Shown here: piece by piece, positions 39,207 through 41,751 of the stretch
Layout: each line of letters opens with the position of its first letter
Numbering within the stretch: position 1 is the first letter of the stretch
DNA from: an uncultured Flavobacteriaceae bacterium
GTDB lineage: Bacteria; Bacteroidota; Bacteroidia; Flavobacteriales; Flavobacteriaceae
Direction of reading: 5' to 3'
Assembly: GCA_964440105.1 (NCBI GenBank)
Contig: CAYTRI010000003.1
Location: forward strand, 5,545 to 47,295
DNA length: 41,751 bases
Program-made: the position numbers and the translations under genes
The notes under the pieces: model-generated
The model's input: the letters and a program-made list of their open reading frames with translations, nothing else
Database searches by the model: none
Told to the model about the DNA's origin: nothing

Positions 39207-39953
39207 ATGCATACCGTTATGATTCTTGGTGGGGCCAAAGGGGTCGGATTAGAAGTTTTAAAAGCCTGTCATAAAAAAGGATACCAAGTTGCATTTTCTG
39301 GCAGGGATAGTGAGTTGGGTCATAAAATAGTAAATGACTTGAATGGAGAAGGGAATCTCTATTTTCACACTTTAGATTTAAATAGCATAGCGGGTCTTGA
39401 AAATTACTATTCAGAAACCATAAAAAGGTTCAAAAAAATTGATGCGCTTCTATTATATGCGGGCATTACCCCTCTAGCTTCTTTATTGGATACGTCTGAA
39501 GAACTGTTCGATGATGTATTCAATGTTAACCTTAAAGCTCCTTATTTTTTAATGAAGTATGTGTTAAGACATATGAAGGAAAACCTTTCTGGTTCAATTG
39601 TTTTTATTGGTTCTCCCCATATGGATTATGGAAATGAAGATCGGACGGCATATGCGCTTACAAAAGCGAGTCTTTATACACTTTCTACCCATATTGCACA
39701 TCATTATTCAAAATTCAAGATACGATCTAATTATGTTGTAATGGGTTGGACCAAAACCGAAGGTGAACTCAATTTAAGAGCAGGTGAAGGAACGGATGAA
39801 ATAGAATTAATGAATATAGCTTCTAAAGTTATTCCTATGGGGCGTATACTAAACCCTGCTGATTCTGTTGCGGCCATTATGTATCTTATTTCTGAAGAAT
39901 CTGCAATGACGACTGGATCTATTATTAGAATCACTGGAGGACACTATATATAA
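39207..39953 (+). CDS. Classical short-chain dehydrogenase/reductase
   Basis: GGAKGVG, AGI, FNVNL, catalytic Ser and YALTK, C-terminal TG..I.ITGG. Confidence 0.9.
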   Translation: MHTVMILGGAKGVGLEVLKACHKKGYQVAFSGRDSELGHKIVNDLNGEGNLYFHTLDLNSIAGLENYYSETIKRFKKIDALLLYAGITPLASLLDTSEELFDDVFNVNLKAPYFLMKYVLRHMKENLSGSIVFIGSPHMDYGNEDRTAYALTKASLYTLSTHIAHHYSKFKIRSNYVVMGWTKTEGELNLRAGEGTDEIELMNIASKVIPMGRILNPADSVAAIMYLISEESAMTTGSIIRITGGHYI

Positions 39954-39958
39954 CTAAC

Positions 39959-40795
39959 ATGGAATACACTCTTATATTTTATAGTGACTCCGAACTCTTG
40001 GAAGGTCCTGTGTATGATTTGAAGCATAACTTTCTTTATTTTGTTTCTATTCTAGATGGAATGGTATACTGTCTTGATCTTAGCACAAAAGAAATTATAA
40101 GTTTAAAATTAGAATCACCTGTAGGTTGCGTCTTTATACTAGATAAAAAGAAAGTTTTAGCTGCTTCTAAAAAAGGGTTTTATGAAGTTGATTTCGATAG
40201 TCTTAAAAGCCGTTTTGTTTTTCAAATGGAGATATCAGATTTTGTTCGTTATAATGATGGCACTATAGACCCAAATGGCAGATATTTAGTTGGCACTATG
40301 GGGTATCCTATGGTAAAGGATCATATTGGAAAGGTGTTTTCTTATTACAAAGGAAATTATAAAATTCTCATAGAAAATTCAACCATCTCTAATGGATTAG
40401 CCTTTTCTAAAAACGGAGAGATCCTGTACTTTATAGACACCCCTACAAAAAAAGTGGCAAAATACAATTATGATATTGTAAACGGAAGTGCTACTTTTGA
40501 TTCTTACATTATAGAATTAAAAGGAAAAGGTAGCCCCGATGGTATGTGCATAGACAAGGAAGGCATGTTATGGATTGCAGAATGGGGAGGGGGACAAGTA
40601 TCGAAATGGAATCCGAAGAATGGAAAAATAATCACCCAAATAAAACTACCATGTCCAAATGTTAGTTCCTGTTGTATAGATAAATTAGGAAACCTTTTTG
40701 TAACAACAGCAAAATCAGATAATCCAGAGGATAATTTCGGAGGAGGTCTGTTTTATATTAATTTGACCAAAAATCAAGCAAATGACAGAAGTTGA
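39959..40795 (+). CDS. SMP-30/gluconolactonase/LRE family protein (sugar lactonase-like)
   Basis: EGPVYD, RYNDG, ISNGLAFS, PDGMCID..GMLWIAEWGG, LFVTTA. Confidence 0.92.
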   Translation: MEYTLIFYSDSELLEGPVYDLKHNFLYFVSILDGMVYCLDLSTKEIISLKLESPVGCVFILDKKKVLAASKKGFYEVDFDSLKSRFVFQMEISDFVRYNDGTIDPNGRYLVGTMGYPMVKDHIGKVFSYYKGNYKILIENSTISNGLAFSKNGEILYFIDTPTKKVAKYNYDIVNGSATFDSYIIELKGKGSPDGMCIDKEGMLWIAEWGGGQVSKWNPKNGKIITQIKLPCPNVSSCCIDKLGNLFVTTAKSDNPEDNFGGGLFYINLTKNQANDRS

Positions 40796-41751
40796 GATTA
40801 GTGTAATAGTTCCGATTCATAATATAGAGCCATATTTACCAAACTGTATCGATAGCATTCTTTCACAATCCTTTACTAATTTTGAACTAATACTGGTGGA
40901 TAATGGTAGTCCAGATAATTGCCCAGAAATATGTGATAGGTATGCTTCTTCCGACGATAGAATTATAGTAATACATAAAGAAAATGGTGGTTTACAAAGT
41001 GCTAGAAAAGCAGGTTTAAAAGAAGCTAAAGCCAAATATATTGCCTATGTAGACGGTGATGATTGGGTAGATGTCTTTTATTTAGATACTCTTTATAAAA
41101 TGGCTAAAACCAACGATTCTGATATGGTCATTGCTGGGCATTACAGGGAATTTGATGGTAAAATAGAGACTATTAAACCTTTATTTACGGGAAACTTCAA
41201 TGAGTCAGAGATTAAATCTTCCATCTTGCCCAATGCCATTTATAATGGTCGTTTTTGCGAGCACAATATATCGACATATGTTTGGAACAAACTTTTTAAA
41301 AGGGAATTGTTAGCTCAATATTTGTTTGAAATTCCAAATGAAGTCATCATGGGCGAGGATGCCGCAATGACATATACCTATCTAACCTTAAGTAAGAAAC
41401 TTACTATTTGTGATATCCCTATATATTATTATCGGCAACGGCCAGATTCTATCGTAAAATCCATTGAAGATCCAGAAATGGAATATCGTCGTTTAAGCCT
41501 ACTATTAGTCTTTTTAAGGGAAAAGCTTAGCCCTTATTTAACTGAAAATAATTTAAGAGAGCAGCTGACTAATTATCTATATTCTCTCATACTAGTGAGG
41601 TCTGGGGGCTTGATTAAAAATCAATTTAAAAACACCATCTTCAACCCTTTTTTAGGCACAAACATGAATTCAAAGATTGTTGTATACAGTTCAGGCTCTT
41701 TTGGACAGCATATATTGAGTACAAATAAAAAGCTACAATTTTTTAATATTG
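40782..41751 (+). CDS. Glycosyltransferase family 2 (3'-truncated; absent from the ORF track)
   Basis: Manual translation from ATG 40782: MTEVEISVIVPIHNIEPYLPNCIDSILSQSFTNFELILVDNGSPD..HKENGGLQSARKAG..YVDGDD..VWNKLFKR..GED..YYYRQR. Open to the window end. Confidence 0.93.
   Translation, partial: MTEVEISVIVPIHNIEPYLPNCIDSILSQSFTNFELILVDNGSPDNCPEICDRYASSDDRIIVIHKENGGLQSARKAGLKEAKAKYIAYVDGDDWVDVFYLDTLYKMAKTNDSDMVIAGHYREFDGKIETIKPLFTGNFNESEIKSSILPNAIYNGRFCEHNISTYVWNKLFKRELLAQYLFEIPNEVIMGEDAAMTYTYLTLSKKLTICDIPIYYYRQRPDSIVKSIEDPEMEYRRLSLLLVFLREKLSPYLTENNLREQLTNYLYSLILVRSGGLIKNQFKNTIFNPFLGTNMNSKIVVYSSGSFGQHILSTNKKLQFFNI

Noticed and set aside
1177-41035. Many 60-130 aa ORFs overlapping real genes (e.g. 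6566, 8063, 8257, 9911, 13451, 15254, 16377, 20875, 25928, 32152, 34331, 39731, 40817)
   Set aside because: Antisense or off-frame within well-supported CDSs; composition typical of shadow ORFs.
1-41751. Invertible promoter, IS element, CRISPR array or tRNA/rRNA
   Set aside because: No recombinase or transposase, no long inverted repeats flanking a promoter, no regularly spaced repeats and no RNA-gene-like GC-rich structure seen by eye.

Overview
AT-rich Bacteroidota DNA, most likely a marine Flavobacteriaceae genome (inferred from protein style and TTG-N~21-TAnnTTTG promoters). The whole window lies inside one large Wzx/Wzy-dependent capsule/exopolysaccharide locus that is cut at both ends. 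It encodes export and chain control (wza, wzc, PHP phosphatase, wzx, wzy), nucleotide-sugar supply (PglF/PglE-like pair, ugd, UDP-GlcA epimerase, wecB/wecC, rfbF/rfbG plus a reductase), two PglC-type initiating transferases, four GT4s and a GT2. It also has an unusually dense set of tailoring enzymes: two sulfotransferases, a formyltransferase, an AsnB-like amidotransferase and an adenylation-domain/ACP/acyltransferase module. Three degradative-fold proteins are present: a lyase-like lipoprotein, a heparinase II/III-like protein and an Asp-box propeller. The best candidate for an undescribed system is a sulfated, uronic-acid-rich (glycosaminoglycan-like) polysaccharide with its own lyase. Reading the intergenic DNA shows features missing from the ORF track: a decayed duplicate of wzy from a wzy-GT4 tandem duplication, a decayed WbpO/TviB-like dehydrogenase after ugd, a truncated GT2 at the right edge, and 21-bp-period direct repeats. 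No RNA genes, IS elements or CRISPR arrays were seen. All calls rest on motif recognition by eye; no searches were run.
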